The notes under the pieces: generated by a model
Told to the model about the DNA's origin: nothing
Databases searched by the model: none
What the model saw: only the letters and a program-made list of their open reading frames with translations
Position numbers and translations under genes: made by a program
In this document: in pieces, positions 9,878 to 20,973 of the stretch
Position numbering within the stretch: the stretch's first letter is position 1
Layout of the letters: every line of letters starts with the position of its first letter
Assembly: GCF_964204645.1 (NCBI RefSeq)
Contig: NC_134035.1
Span: forward strand, 8,278,451-8,342,450
DNA from: Tubulanus polymorphus
Taxonomy: Eukaryota > Animalia > Nemertea
Direction of reading: 5' to 3'
Length of the DNA stretch: 64,000 bases

Positions 9878-10483
9878 ATGGTAGGTGAAAAGAAAATAAA
9901 ATCTAAAAATGGTGATGTTCCAATTGAAAAAACTTTAGATAATTTAGGAATAACAGAAACAAAATTAACTCCAGATGATGGTGCTTTAAATAATGTTACA
10001 ACAAATAATAATTATGAATATTATCTTTATTGTAAACATCAATTAGAAATATTAATAGCATCTGGAAAATGTAAAAATTTTGTCGGTAAAAATTTAACTT
10101 ATAATGAATTAGACACAATGAAATCAGATGAAATTATTAAATTATTTAAGATTTATGAAGCCGCGAGAACAGCTAGAATTAATGACGCGATATCAGAAAA
10201 AGTAGTAAAAGGTTATAGTAAATTATGTAATTATATACTACCAATTGAAGATGAAAATAGATTATATTCCGATTTAAAAAATGATTATTTAGTTATGACT
10301 GAATTAAATAAATGGATTGGATATTTATCATTTCAATTAGGTGGATTTATGACATTATTATCAACTGGAGTTATAACATTTTCAAATATTGAAAGTAAAA
10401 ATATTTCTATAATAAATGAGCGAGGTGAAAGAAGTGAAGGAATTACCTGTGAAGAAAAAACCGAGAACTCAGAAACAAATTGA
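9878..10483 (+). CDS. Viral hypothetical protein (201 aa, hydrophobic segment near the C-terminus)
   Basis: Intact ORF with TATATAAATG start. Confidence 0.75.
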   Translation: MVGEKKIKSKNGDVPIEKTLDNLGITETKLTPDDGALNNVTTNNNYEYYLYCKHQLEILIASGKCKNFVGKNLTYNELDTMKSDEIIKLFKIYEAARTARINDAISEKVVKGYSKLCNYILPIEDENRLYSDLKNDYLVMTELNKWIGYLSFQLGGFMTLLSTGVITFSNIESKNISIINERGERSEGITCEEKTENSETN

Positions 10484-10793
10484 ATGGTCTCGGCAATTAG
10501 GAATTAAATCACAAGAATATAAAAAAGCTGTAAAAGAAAAAATAAGTAATAAAAATGTTAATAAAAATGGTGAAAATATTGTTATTTCTACTCCTTCTAA
10601 TGATAGAATATTTGATAAATGTCTATATTTTACAGTTGGATTTGTAATTGTATTCATTTTGATTGGGTGTAATTGGTATAAGAAATCAAATAAAATTCAT
10701 GATATTAATAATTCTGAACCAACTGCTATCAAAAATGAAAGTACTTCTGAAATTCCAAAAATTGATAATAAAAAAAATGGATTAATATTTTAG
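10416..10793 (+). CDS. Viral single-pass membrane protein with a basic N-terminus
   Basis: KKKPRTQKQIEW followed by the TM CLYFTVGFVIVFILIGC; the ATAAATG start lies inside the upstream ORF. Confidence 0.7.
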   Translation: MSEVKEVKELPVKKKPRTQKQIEWSRQLGIKSQEYKKAVKEKISNKNVNKNGENIVISTPSNDRIFDKCLYFTVGFVIVFILIGCNWYKKSNKIHDINNSEPTAIKNESTSEIPKIDNKKNGLIF

Positions 10794-10949
10794 AAAAAAA
10801 GCAAAAAAAAATAATTTTTTTAAATTAATTGAATATTAATTGAATATCTCACTACTTTTGTCTATCTATGTGGAGCAATTAAATTGTCCAGATAAGTCAT
10901 TTCGGATTCTAGATATTCATTATTTTTATTAATTTATTTTTTTTAAAAT

Positions 10950-11276
10950 TTAATCAACAATTTCTAAATCATGATGACCGTCTTCATTTTTTCCATGATA
11001 TATTATTTTAAATCCTACTAAATCTTTCAATTCCTCCGTACTCAATGAAACCCATTTATCGGGTAAAAACACTTTAAATTCTCGCGATGTACTAACATTA
11101 CAGTAGCTTAAATTAGCTGATACTTTCTCTCCATATTTAGTTTTTATCTTTTCTAATTTCAATATTTTATGTTCAATTTCTTTTGTAACATCAACTAACT
11201 TTTTTATTTCAAATTGTTTTTTTGCTGGTTTTATTCTGTTATTTATTGTTGCTAAGAATGCTTTTCTATCTCCCAT
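10950..11276 (-). CDS. Small viral protein, possible OB-fold ssDNA-binding protein
   Basis: KILKLEKIKTKYGEKV...FKVFLPDKW...IIYHGK beta-strand pattern; TATAAATG start next to the terminal repeat. The fold is an inference. Confidence 0.6.
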   Translation of the reverse strand: MGDRKAFLATINNRIKPAKKQFEIKKLVDVTKEIEHKILKLEKIKTKYGEKVSANLSYCNVSTSREFKVFLPDKWVSLSTEELKDLVGFKIIYHGKNEDGHHDLEIVD

Positions 11277-11281
11277 TTATA

Positions 11282-11412
11282 AGGAAAAAAAATTACTTGT
11301 GGTGATGAGTAGGAAAAAAAAAATTACTTGTGGTGATGAGTGGTGTCTCGTCCTCTCGTCCTCTGATCTGAAACCCTACTTTTCTAATTACTAATTTGGG
11401 TTTAAGACTACT
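11282..11412. repeat. Right terminal (inverted) repeat region of the element, with a ~30-bp direct duplication
   Basis: AGGAAAAAAAATTACTTGTGGTGATGAGT x2, CTCGTCCT x2, ending in ACTACT. The reverse complement of ~11330-11395 aligns to ~38412-38475. Confidence 0.8.
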
Positions 11413-11585
11413 AGAGACCCTGCAGTGCAAGTCATCAGGCTGTACTTAGAAATTGGATACCGGCAACGCTACTGAAGGGAGCGAGAACTCAGCGGACCCA
11501 TTAAGGCAATGGGCGCCATGTGCTTGTGCCATTGCGCAATGCATTAAACTTTTCTTATATCCTTAGATTTTGTTATTGATTTCAG

Positions 11586-11875
11586 AGAAATCGGAAGGCC
11601 AGGAACAGAACGGACGAATCCTCTATTATCCCGGTGCGTTATCGGCAGGCGAACACCTAGGTCAGCGGCAGTTTTTTGACTTGCACGAATGCAATCCGTC
11701 ACCTCTACCTCAAAGATATCCGGGCGAGTACGTTCCGCCGGTGCCGTTGTCCAGCGTCGCCGGTCAACAGTGCGAGCTGCCGCTTCTCTGGGATTACGGG
11801 CAAATCGACGGCCCGGGCGCCAAACAAACACTTCCGTTACACTCACGCGCGAGCGACGAAGCACCAATCACGTGA
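11586..11875 (+). CDS. Candidate terminal exon of an unidentified host gene
   Basis: Pyrimidine-rich acceptor (TTTCAG 11580-11585), CpG-rich open frame to TGA, AATAAA at 12007-12012. No recognisable domain. Confidence 0.3.
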
Positions 11876-12406
11876 CCAGGCTCTTCCCGAATATCAGCGT
11901 TAAGAACTCACGACGATGACGTCAGCGAGAATTGGAAAAATGGGGCCGACGATAATTATTACTAGACGATAGGGTGTCGGTGATCGTTGAAGGGACATTT
12001 CATTCAAATAAAAAGGCAACATATCTTTGGATAAATTTGTGCGATAGATGGCGTTTGTTTATATATCGTGACGTGATGAAAATGAAATAATAATCAACTG
12101 TTATATACTGTATCTTTGTATGCTGAAAAACGTATTTCTCTGCCACCGACAATCCTCGAAGAAAAAGCCACAACAACTTAAAGAAACTATTTTATTATTT
12201 AACCGTTTTAATATGTATATTATATGTATATATCTCTATTTACTTTATGAATTACTCTGAAATCGTCGTGTATTCGTCGTTGTTATCGTGAGAATTATAT
12301 CTTTGTTTAATACATAGATTTAACGTCATTTACGAATTAAACCCAACATTGAGATGTATCAAGCGAAAATAATATTTTTTTGTTTCCGTTAAATAAGTTC
12401 CCGGGA

Positions 12407-15400
12407 TCAACGCGAGGTGGCGCACACCTTGTAATGATAGAAGGGTTTTGCGATCATGCCGTGGGTTCTATCCAGCGGTGGAAGCGCTTCGTTCTTCGGG
12501 TTTTCGAAGTTGAACAACTGCAGCAGACGCGTGAAGAACAAGAACATTTCCATTCTCGCCAAGCCTTCTCCCAAACAAGCTCGTTTACCTAATAATAGTA
12601 ATACAATATACATTGAATTTACTTCTTTCGATATTACATCGCTTGAGATCGTGGTCACGTGATATTGTAGAAATATTCAAGATTTTCTACCAGTAGACGC
12701 CACAAGTTACATAGTTAAAAGATATTCTAGCTAGTTTTGGCAAAGTATGTGGCTATAAACTGTCCATATGTATATTAAAAGTTTTTTCTTCATGAAATAG
12801 GGGATTGTCAATCTTATTTATCTGATTGAGTGCCTAATTTTGATTTGATATGATTTGAATTCTGTGTCCCTTTACAAACCCACCACACCCACCACACCCA
12901 CCACACCGAGGCAGGAGGTTTTAATCGATAGGTCAAAAACTTTGGATTGAAAAATTTGCATTCTCATTCGATGGATGTTTCGTCGCTTTTATTTAAGATA
13001 GACCTACCGACGCAGAAGGCGATCATGTTTTGCGTGTTGGTAAGCTTGCCGTTCTCGTCGAGGAAGTTTTCGGGATCGAAATCGTTCGGCCGTTTGAACA
13101 GGGCCGGGTCTCTGTGCGCCGCGTAAATGTTGCCGAACACGAAGGCGTTTTTCGGAATCGTGTACCCTCGGAACGTGACGTCGCGTTCCGTATTCGTGTG
13201 CGGTATCGCCATCGAGACGATCGACGAATGCCGGAAGATTTCGTTGATGACGGCGTCCGTGTACGGCAGACTGGTGCGGTCGCGTCCGGTCGGCACTCGC
13301 TCGCGTCCGATTACTTCGTCGATTTCGGCTTGAACCTTTCTCTGTATGTCCGGGAAGTGCATCATATACAGGATACCCCAGCGAAGAGAGGTGGCCGTCG
13401 TCTCAGATCCAGCGATAAACATGTCGTAGATCATCCAATTTAACTGGGCCTCTGAAAAAGTGATCGTAGTATGATGATAATTGGAGGGTTGTGGAGGAGC
13501 CGTGTTAACCTGATGTCGAATCGGTAAAATGCAATGTGACAAAATTGCTTTCGAAACTTCGACCAGGTCGAAACGTCGAATCAATGAATTATTAGTTATA
13601 AAGGAAACTTTTCGGACTCATCGTTCTCGTTTTATTAGTGTCGGATTCTCTATATATCGTCACAACACGGAGAACATAGCGTTTTACCATTGTTTATGTA
13701 CATTGATGGCTAACCTGATTTCATCAAAAGAACGACCTTTCGCTACTAGAGTATCTTTGATGAAGCTATAAACTCGAAAGCGCGTACCTTTATCAACATT
13801 AAGTTAACCTCCAAAAAGCCATTCTTTGCGTTAACCGATGATAATTGGTTACTTCGATAAAATCGATGGACCACTATCTGTACGTGCTGTCGAGATACTA
13901 TGGAAATCTCACCCTAAGATTTAAAACAGTCAGAAATGTTTCCTTGAGCTCATAATTCATTCATATTTCGACTATATCCTGATGTATATTCATCCTCTGG
14001 ACCCAGTTCCACAGTGTTCCGAGTTAAGATTTCGATTTGACTCCGAGTTAAAACATTGAAAATGAATTAGCAACTCAGAGTTAACTCTAACTCACAACTG
14101 TGGAACCGAACCCTGGTCATGAAGGGCAGTGTATTATTTCTATAGGCACCCCTCATTTCAATAGTTCTAAAAAAATCGGGCACCACTAAAACTAATGTGT
14201 CTGATGGTTTGGATAAAGTTGCATAAAGGTAAAAACAACTGAAAGTACATCAGACCTCAGGACACACTGGTTTAACAAACAACGGTAATAGAAAGATAAG
14301 ATTTACTAGATGTTAAGGTCTTAACTGATATGCGACTAGATAATAGAAATATCACGATCAGTTTGACAAGATAAAGAGAACCTCCAGCTTTCCTTGTCAA
14401 ATGGTATTGTCAATACCATTCCGCATTATTTCATTGTTAATTCTTGTCTACTTGAAACGAGGCGTAGGCCTGAACGTTGTCCCTAAATTCTAGAATTCAT
14501 AAGCGAAGGTCAATACTTAGTTTCCTAAAGATAATTTGATCAACCTTTTTGGTTTATCTACAAACCTGTAAACGTGCTGTCCGGTTTGTCGGCAGTGCGG
14601 GCGATCTCAGCCAAATAAGCGTCGATGAAATCACGAATTTCATTCCCGTCGAACGTGCGCTTGTGTTCTTCGACGACCTTCTTCAAGAAGGCGCCCACGT
14701 GGTGATAGTTGGTGTGGATGATTTTCTCCGTCGAAGTCTGAATCGGCAGATACTGCAGGACCTTGAAGTGGTGCAACGGCGACGTGATGGACGCTGCGCG
14801 CACGTTTTCCTCGAAGCGGTCCTGCAAGTCGATGAATTCGGCGTTCGTGTACTCGTACCTCTGCCCGAGCGCGGTTTGACACATGACGTTAGCGACGGCC
14901 ACGTTGATGATTTTTTCGAGGTCGTACGGTTTACCGTTATGTTTGCGAATGTCTTCGACGACGTACTCGAGCTCTTCGCGGATGTTTTCGTCCATTTTCA
15001 TTTTTCCCATGCCGAAATTTCTGAGCACGGTCAGGGCAAAACGGCGCTGGTCTTTCCACAGGCTGCCGTCCGATGCCAACACACCTGTAACGCAAAATAG
15101 ATTGTAAATATGTAAGATTATTAGTGATTAGTGAGTTTTCGGGCTAGCAAAGCAAAGAATGGCATGGCATGGCATGGCATAGCATAGCCTAGCATATAGC
15201 ATAGAATGGAGCATAGCATAGAGTATACCATAGAATAGAGGATTGCTTAAAGTAAAGGATAGAGTAGAGCATAGAGTAAAGGATAGCTAGAATATAGTAT
15301 AGCATTGCATTAAGATAGAATAGAGTATAGCATAGCATAGCATAGCATAGCATAAGTATATTCTATGATTTTTTTATATGTCTCTATCACAGACCTGTGA

Positions 15401-16134
15401 TACTTACCGTTTCCTTGCGTAAGAACCCGTTTGAAATACAAATCAGGACGGGCGGTTAGCTCGTCACCGGCGAAAGCTTCCTTTATCATATCTTGTTTCA
15501 GTAGGAATACCATTACGTTGCTTCCCACTTTCAAACTGATGATATCCGAACCGAGTTGCTTCGAAAGCTTCATGACATATTTGGTCATATCGGGCTCTGG
15601 ATAAAAAATTGAACATTAAGTTATTTGAGAATTAGGCCTTACCGAATACACGTTCTCTCTATCATTGCCACCGCCCGACGATAGGCAAAACCACAAGTTA
15701 CTAAACCGTAATCTGTATCTGTTTTTAGGGCAGACTATATATTTAATTTTACTTGCAGAACCTGAGTGGAAAACTGTGTGGTGGGCTTAATGTCTCTTTA
15801 CGTCAGCTTAACATTCAATAAGTTGCTAGACTAACTTCAGGGGAGTTTTCGCTGGTTTTTAGTCGTTTATTGAAGTATTTTACCGGCTTCAAAACATCTA
15901 TTCTGCGTAGGCTTGTTCACTCATGAATATTTTATTGTAATAGAAGAAAAAAGCGATGAAATTTCGATGTATCGACTCACCAACTTGCAACATGTTTCCA
16001 ATGATCGGCCATCCTTTGATGGTTGGAGGTAGACCGGATTTACCGCCACCCAGTATCAGATAGACTACCAGTACAGCTAGCACACACGCGAGAACAATTT
16101 GAGAATGTTCGACTATGAGCTCCAAGAGGGCCAT
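12407..16134 (-). CDS. Cytochrome P450, CYP2 clan (5 exons, ~495 aa)
   Basis: Exons 16134-15981, 15596-15408, 15084-14566, 13451-13008 and 12588-12407, all GT-AG and in frame (1488 nt). Signal anchor, [23 protein letters not shown] and the heme motif [11 protein letters not shown]. Confidence 0.95.
13997..14115. mobile_element. Short Harbinger-like MITE
   Basis: Imperfect TIRs (GACCCAGTTCCACAG...CTGTGGAACCGAACC) flanked by CTG; a related copy lies at ~58390-58497. Confidence 0.6.
15160..15355. repeat. Degenerate pentanucleotide microsatellite (GCATA/AGAGT) in CYP intron 2
   Basis: Directly visible. Confidence 0.85.
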
Positions 16135-16730
16135 CTCGAAATCTTAAGCGTCAAGCCTGTTCAAAGAAGAAAAAACGTTCGAAAACTAGCAATAACGTAG
16201 CACCCACAAAACGAATGAAGAATGAAAATCCGACAGTTGATGATTATTGTGTGTATAGTTTACTAGCTGACTGTTTTGGGATCTATCTAAATCCCATGAG
16301 ACAATAATGAAACTATAGCCTAATGATGTTAATAACTTTATGCACTGAGCAGAATACCTCAGTTCATTCGTCGCCGATTTGATTCTTTATCGTCAAATTT
16401 AATACATATGAAAACTACGGATTGAAAATTACAATACACCAAAGACAAGTAAATAGTTTGAAAACGTTTTCAGAACACACCCACCTTGTTGAATCCAGAT
16501 CTACTTCGAACGACCGCTTTCACCGTGTCCTGTCTATGTCTTATACGCTAAGACATGCAATAAGGACGAAGTCCTGTCCAGTTATGGCTATCGCAGATGA
16601 AATCGGAATCGCAGATAGTCTTTCCGGTCAAGAGTTCAAAGAGCAGAGCCGATTATTGACATTGTTTTATAGAAATTAGTGCATAGAATTGTGCAAACGG
16701 TATGTTCAGGGTGAAAGGTTGTTACATGTA

Positions 16731-16805
16731 CAACGTTTATAACAATTTTTAAGACTTCCGAGGCTGCAACGTTTATAACAATTTTTAAGACTTCCGAGGC
16801 TGCAA
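16731..16805. repeat. 36-bp tandem duplication
   Basis: CAACGTTTATAACAATTTTTAAGACTTCCGAGGCTG x2. Confidence 0.9.
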
Positions 16806-17096
16806 TATTCTCTCCGAGAACCTGTTTTGGCTTTGTTGATCGAAGCGCTGGCCACGATATGTTCACCGAAACCCTTGGGGGACGACAAATACGTATATAA
16901 TGGGTGTTTGGGCCAAAATGCGGTTGTATTATGTGTGCTTTAAACAAGTCGTATTTAAATCCAATTAGACACCCTTGGAAAGCAAGTACTTATACTTCAC
17001 GTATAAGTAGGCTAATTGTCAAAGGACATGACGAGATAAATCCCACAATGATTCCGTCAAAGATGAAAAATTCTTGAATAGAAGAGTATATACTTT

Positions 17097-17137
17097 GAGC
17101 GACGTTTCGGCTAAATACTATTAGTCATCATCAGGCG
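17097..17137 (-). ncRNA. Minimal hammerhead-ribozyme-like motif (Penelope-type)
   Basis: Minus strand: gcCTGATGAtgactaatagtatttagccGAAACGTCgc, i.e. core CUGAUGA, stem II, GAAAC and GUC. Stem I is short, so it may be decayed. Confidence 0.6.
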
Positions 17138-17451
17138 TACTTAAAAAACATGTTTACCTGCCACTTGTGTGTCCACACATTGCCTGTATACATGTTGATA
17201 TATCTGTCAATTCTATCTATATAATGCTGGGGAACGTATCACAGAACGACTTGGTGATGTTACGTCGTTCTATGAAACAGTCCCCACTCGTCTGTACGTA
17301 GCCCTCCAGAAAATCCGATTGTCATCGGCGAAGAATAATGGACGATCTTATGTCTGTGGGGTCCCGGATTGCCAGGAACCCGGATAGGAGATCAGGCGAG
17401 GTCTTGTGCGATACGTTTTGTAAGTCTGGCGATTGTTTGAGGGGTGGACAG

Positions 17452-17511
17452 CAGGGGCCGGTTTCACAAAGCATAATTGAGGGTTAATTACGTTTTGTGA
17501 AACCGGCCACA
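17452..17511. mobile_element. Tiny Harbinger-like MITE
   Basis: CAG-GGGCCGGTTTCACAAA...TTTGTGAAACCGGCCA-CAG. Confidence 0.65.
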
Positions 17512-18246
17512 GAGGTCTGCATAGAATCTACAGCTCAAGCGAACTAGACATTTTTAATTCATTTGATTTTAAAATAGGGGTCGTCCCTGTTATTGATAAG
17601 TATATTTGATTGGTAGATTTCGTTTGATTTGTTTTGATCAAGTGACTGTTATAAACCCAGCTCACCTGCTTGGAACGAAACAGGAGATTTGATTTTGAAA
17701 TCGGAAAAAAATAGAAACTACTTTAAACTAGACAACGAAACGAATTCCTAACGTACGTATATTCCCGCTGAAAGCTCATCCATTTCAGCGTGACAAACAA
17801 ATTGCAAAATAATATCGTATAGATTCTTGACACATGAACCGCGTTGTGAAAGGGTGTACTGCCATTGGCCATTGATTGCAAAGTTCAAAATTATTAGTAT
17901 GTATTATATATGACAAAGAACCGTTTCTAAATGTCTGCACAATTCTAAGACGTATATTGAAAGGTGTACACTAAATTTCGTGCATTTACTTTGCTAATCT
18001 TACTGGTTTTAGAGCCTCATGATGAGTTGGGTGATCGATCATGCACATAATCTGCCATGAATTCCGACACGGGCACACCACGTACTGTGCCTTAAGTTTT
18101 GTTGAGAGCGACGATTCTGTTATTATGACAATCAATATGTTCGTTAGTTAAACGAGGAGGACTTTCGAAAAATACCGATCAATCGTTAACGAAAATCGGT
18201 CGGGAGAGTGTGCGAGATAAAAGATCTACGACTAAGTCCACCACCA

Positions 18247-20973
18247 ATGGGTTGCGCTTCTTCGGTTGACACAGTACCTCAGGTAAACGTGTTTGAATTT
18301 AGACTATTTTAGACTCTGACTAAATCGCCGTGGTAAAAATTACAATGAAAACAAGTGTAAATGACTCTTACTTGAATATGATTAAGATTCCTTTATTTCG
18401 ATTTTGGACATTTATTTATTGTTAAATTCTAGTTCTTGATAGTTTAGTTATCTAGTTCGACCACTTAGCATATTCCTTTCATGCATTTCTCCACTTACTT
18501 TTTCTAGTGAACTGATATTGTAGTTCATTTGGGATCGAAGGATAATACAGTTTATTCTATAAACATCGCCTTTATATCTTATTACGACTTGCAATGTAAA
18601 CGAGAGTTTATCTAACGAATAAAATACTAAGTTCTTAGTTCGAGGGAAATGGATAATTGGATCTAAAACAAACGCTTATTGTAGTATTAGCGCAAATAGA
18701 AAATAATGAAGCAATGTTCACAATACAGATATATTCAAATGAAAACTTACATGTGCATTTGATGTCATTATTTCATTTATTCAGTATTTTGAGTAATTCG
18801 AGTGGATGTTATTGAGTTGCAGGACCCAAATTACTATCAGGGCATCCTCTAAAACAGCGAAGATATGGAAATCATGGAAACCTTGATCCGATAATGTTAC
18901 AAATTCTCTAACATCATCTATGCAGCTATCAACCTGCTGTCTGTATGCTCTACCCAGACGTTCGTGAGATATTCACCATATTCCCAAGGCATGGTAGTCC
19001 AGGCATCGCCACCCCCTGTGACAGTACCCCAGACATTTTTCTTCGAAAAAAATCAAGTTGTCAGTCTTAACCATCAATTTCACACAAACATTCACCATTT
19101 GTAAAAAAAATGTTAGCGTCCTGGCTTAGCCATTCAAAAGGTGATCAACTGAGTATGTGGGTACAGGCAGCAGATTGACAGCTGTACTAATGAAGGCTAA
19201 ACCGCCGAAACGTCATTGCGATATCAATACGTTATGAAAATCGGGATTTCCATATTATCATCGCTGGTCTGGCTAACGGAAAAGCACCAACTCCATCTTT
19301 TACAATCAACACGTTCGTTTTTAAAAAGCAGGCATCGAAAATACAGATCGAGTTGTACAAGAAAGAATTTGAAGCATACGATACTCGAGGTACTGGTGAA
19401 ATCAGCGGGAAGGATCTGGGCAAAATTCTGCGATCGTTCGGTCACAATCCGACGAACGGCGACATACGGCGCATGGTGAATGGTACGTCGTTAAATACAA
19501 TTAGTATTCAACACGTTTAGTAAATAACCGTCAGCTAAATTATAAAATGTCTTTGATTTTTAACTAAGGTATTATTAATTCGTTTGGACATGGACAATGA
19601 TCCGACTTGTTCTATACACTGAGAATAATCCTGGTGACCGGTTAGATAACAAAGAGCCACACGATACATAATCAAAAAAGTCTGAATTCGCTAATTCGAA
19701 TGTTATTGGCCGCAACGGTTCAACTGGTGGCTCCCGGCCATCGTCAGGTGGAATGAGAAACCGTATAAACCATATACACATTGCAATTTGGTTCATAAAC
19801 GGAAGATCTGTCAACGATAATTTAAGGATATATTGCTTCTCCCTCAGGGAAGAGCATCAGTCAAAAACCAAAGAGTATTATCATTGATTATCACAACTGA
19901 CGATGATTTTTTGACAAAAAAAGTCTCAATTTCTTTTAATTTGTACATAGTGGGTTTTTATCTTATTATCTTTAACACGTTTGAGTGTGGTTATTGTACT
20001 ATCGTATATTTTTGTCGGTTGAAAAACTGCATTATTGAAAATTTTCGAATTTTTTTGAATAAGTGTAATAAGGGTGTCGCCAGGATTTCCAAATAACTAA
20101 TAATTCCTTAAATAAATTTAATTAGATTTAATTGAATTGGATTGGCCTTAACCAATAATACGTATATGGCTTCGTATTCTTTATTGAAGAACATGGTTTC
20201 ATCGACTACCAACGGTTTATCGAGCTGGCCACGTCCATGAATTCCGACGAGGAACTGCGGGTGGCTTTCCACCTACTCGACAGGGACGGAAACGGCTACA
20301 TCTCGGCCCAAGAGCTGAAACGCGTCGTCAAAATCATCGACGAGGACTACACCAACGAGGAAGTAGAAGCTATGATCGAAGAAGCCGATCTTGACGGTGA
20401 CGGAAGAGTGAACTATCAGGGTAAAGTGTTCAGTTCAGTTTATAGATCAGTTTTTTTTTCAATCTAAAGATAATAGGTTGACTCCGTTATGTTTTGATCG
20501 GTAGATTTGATTTGGTTTTATTTGATTTGATGTGGCGTCCCTTACAAACCCACCACACCTGCCGGGGGCGAAATAGGGGGTTTGATTTTGAAATCGGAAA
20601 TCGAAGTACAGATATTAGTTAGTGTGATCGGCGGTCGAATCTAAACAGAATTCTTGGTTTAAATCGAAGTACATAATTGGAAATATCGGTTCCAGTTCGT
20701 TCATGTACACAATCTTCCGAACTGCCTGGACCGACAAGCGAATGGTTGGGGTTAATTTTGATGGCTGCCTTATTTAATACATTGGATTTGGAAATAACCA
20801 TAAAACTACATAATAATGTTTAAGATCATATTGTCCTTTGTTCTGCTTCAATATCCGATCAGCAAAAGATATCGGTTCGTAATTGGTAGTTTTCCTGATC
20901 TTATCGGCCTTTTATTCTTTTTATACAAACAATTTTTCCTTTCACAGAATTTGAGGAGTTTTATAGATCATAG
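18247..20973 (+). CDS. Calmodulin-like EF-hand protein with an N-terminal MGC motif (4 exons, ~147 aa)
   Basis: Exons 18247-18282, 19332-19482, 20190-20420 and 20948-20973, all GT-AG and in frame. EF loops DTRGTGEISGKD, DRDGNGYISAQE and DLDGDGRVNYQE; CaM-like LRSFGHNPT. Confidence 0.85.

Larger units (their letters stand above)
1..11412 (+). mobile_element. Polinton/Maverick-like endogenous DNA virus, right part (left end lies upstream of the window)
   Basis: Dense, intronless, very AT-rich gene array with pPolB C-terminus, penton-like protein, MCP, rve integrase plus chromodomain and A32-like ATPase. It ends in ACTACT (11407-11412), the canonical Polinton terminus (AGTAGT...ACTACT), after which composition shifts abruptly to host-like. 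Confidence 0.92.

Noticed and set aside
3396-10657. Antisense ORFs inside viral genes (3396-3602, 5477-5692, 6071-6613, 8812-9003, 10469-10657)
   Set aside because: Shadow ORFs of AT-rich coding strands; no recognisable motifs.
11302-11371. Box C (GTGATGA) / box D (CTGA) snoRNA-like arrangement in the TIR
   Set aside because: No terminal stem or recognisable antisense element; better explained as a TIR/promoter motif.
11413-11445. CTGATGA plus a hairpin on the minus strand at the insertion site (hammerhead-like)
   Set aside because: No GAAA half of the core in the visible sequence; cannot be supported.
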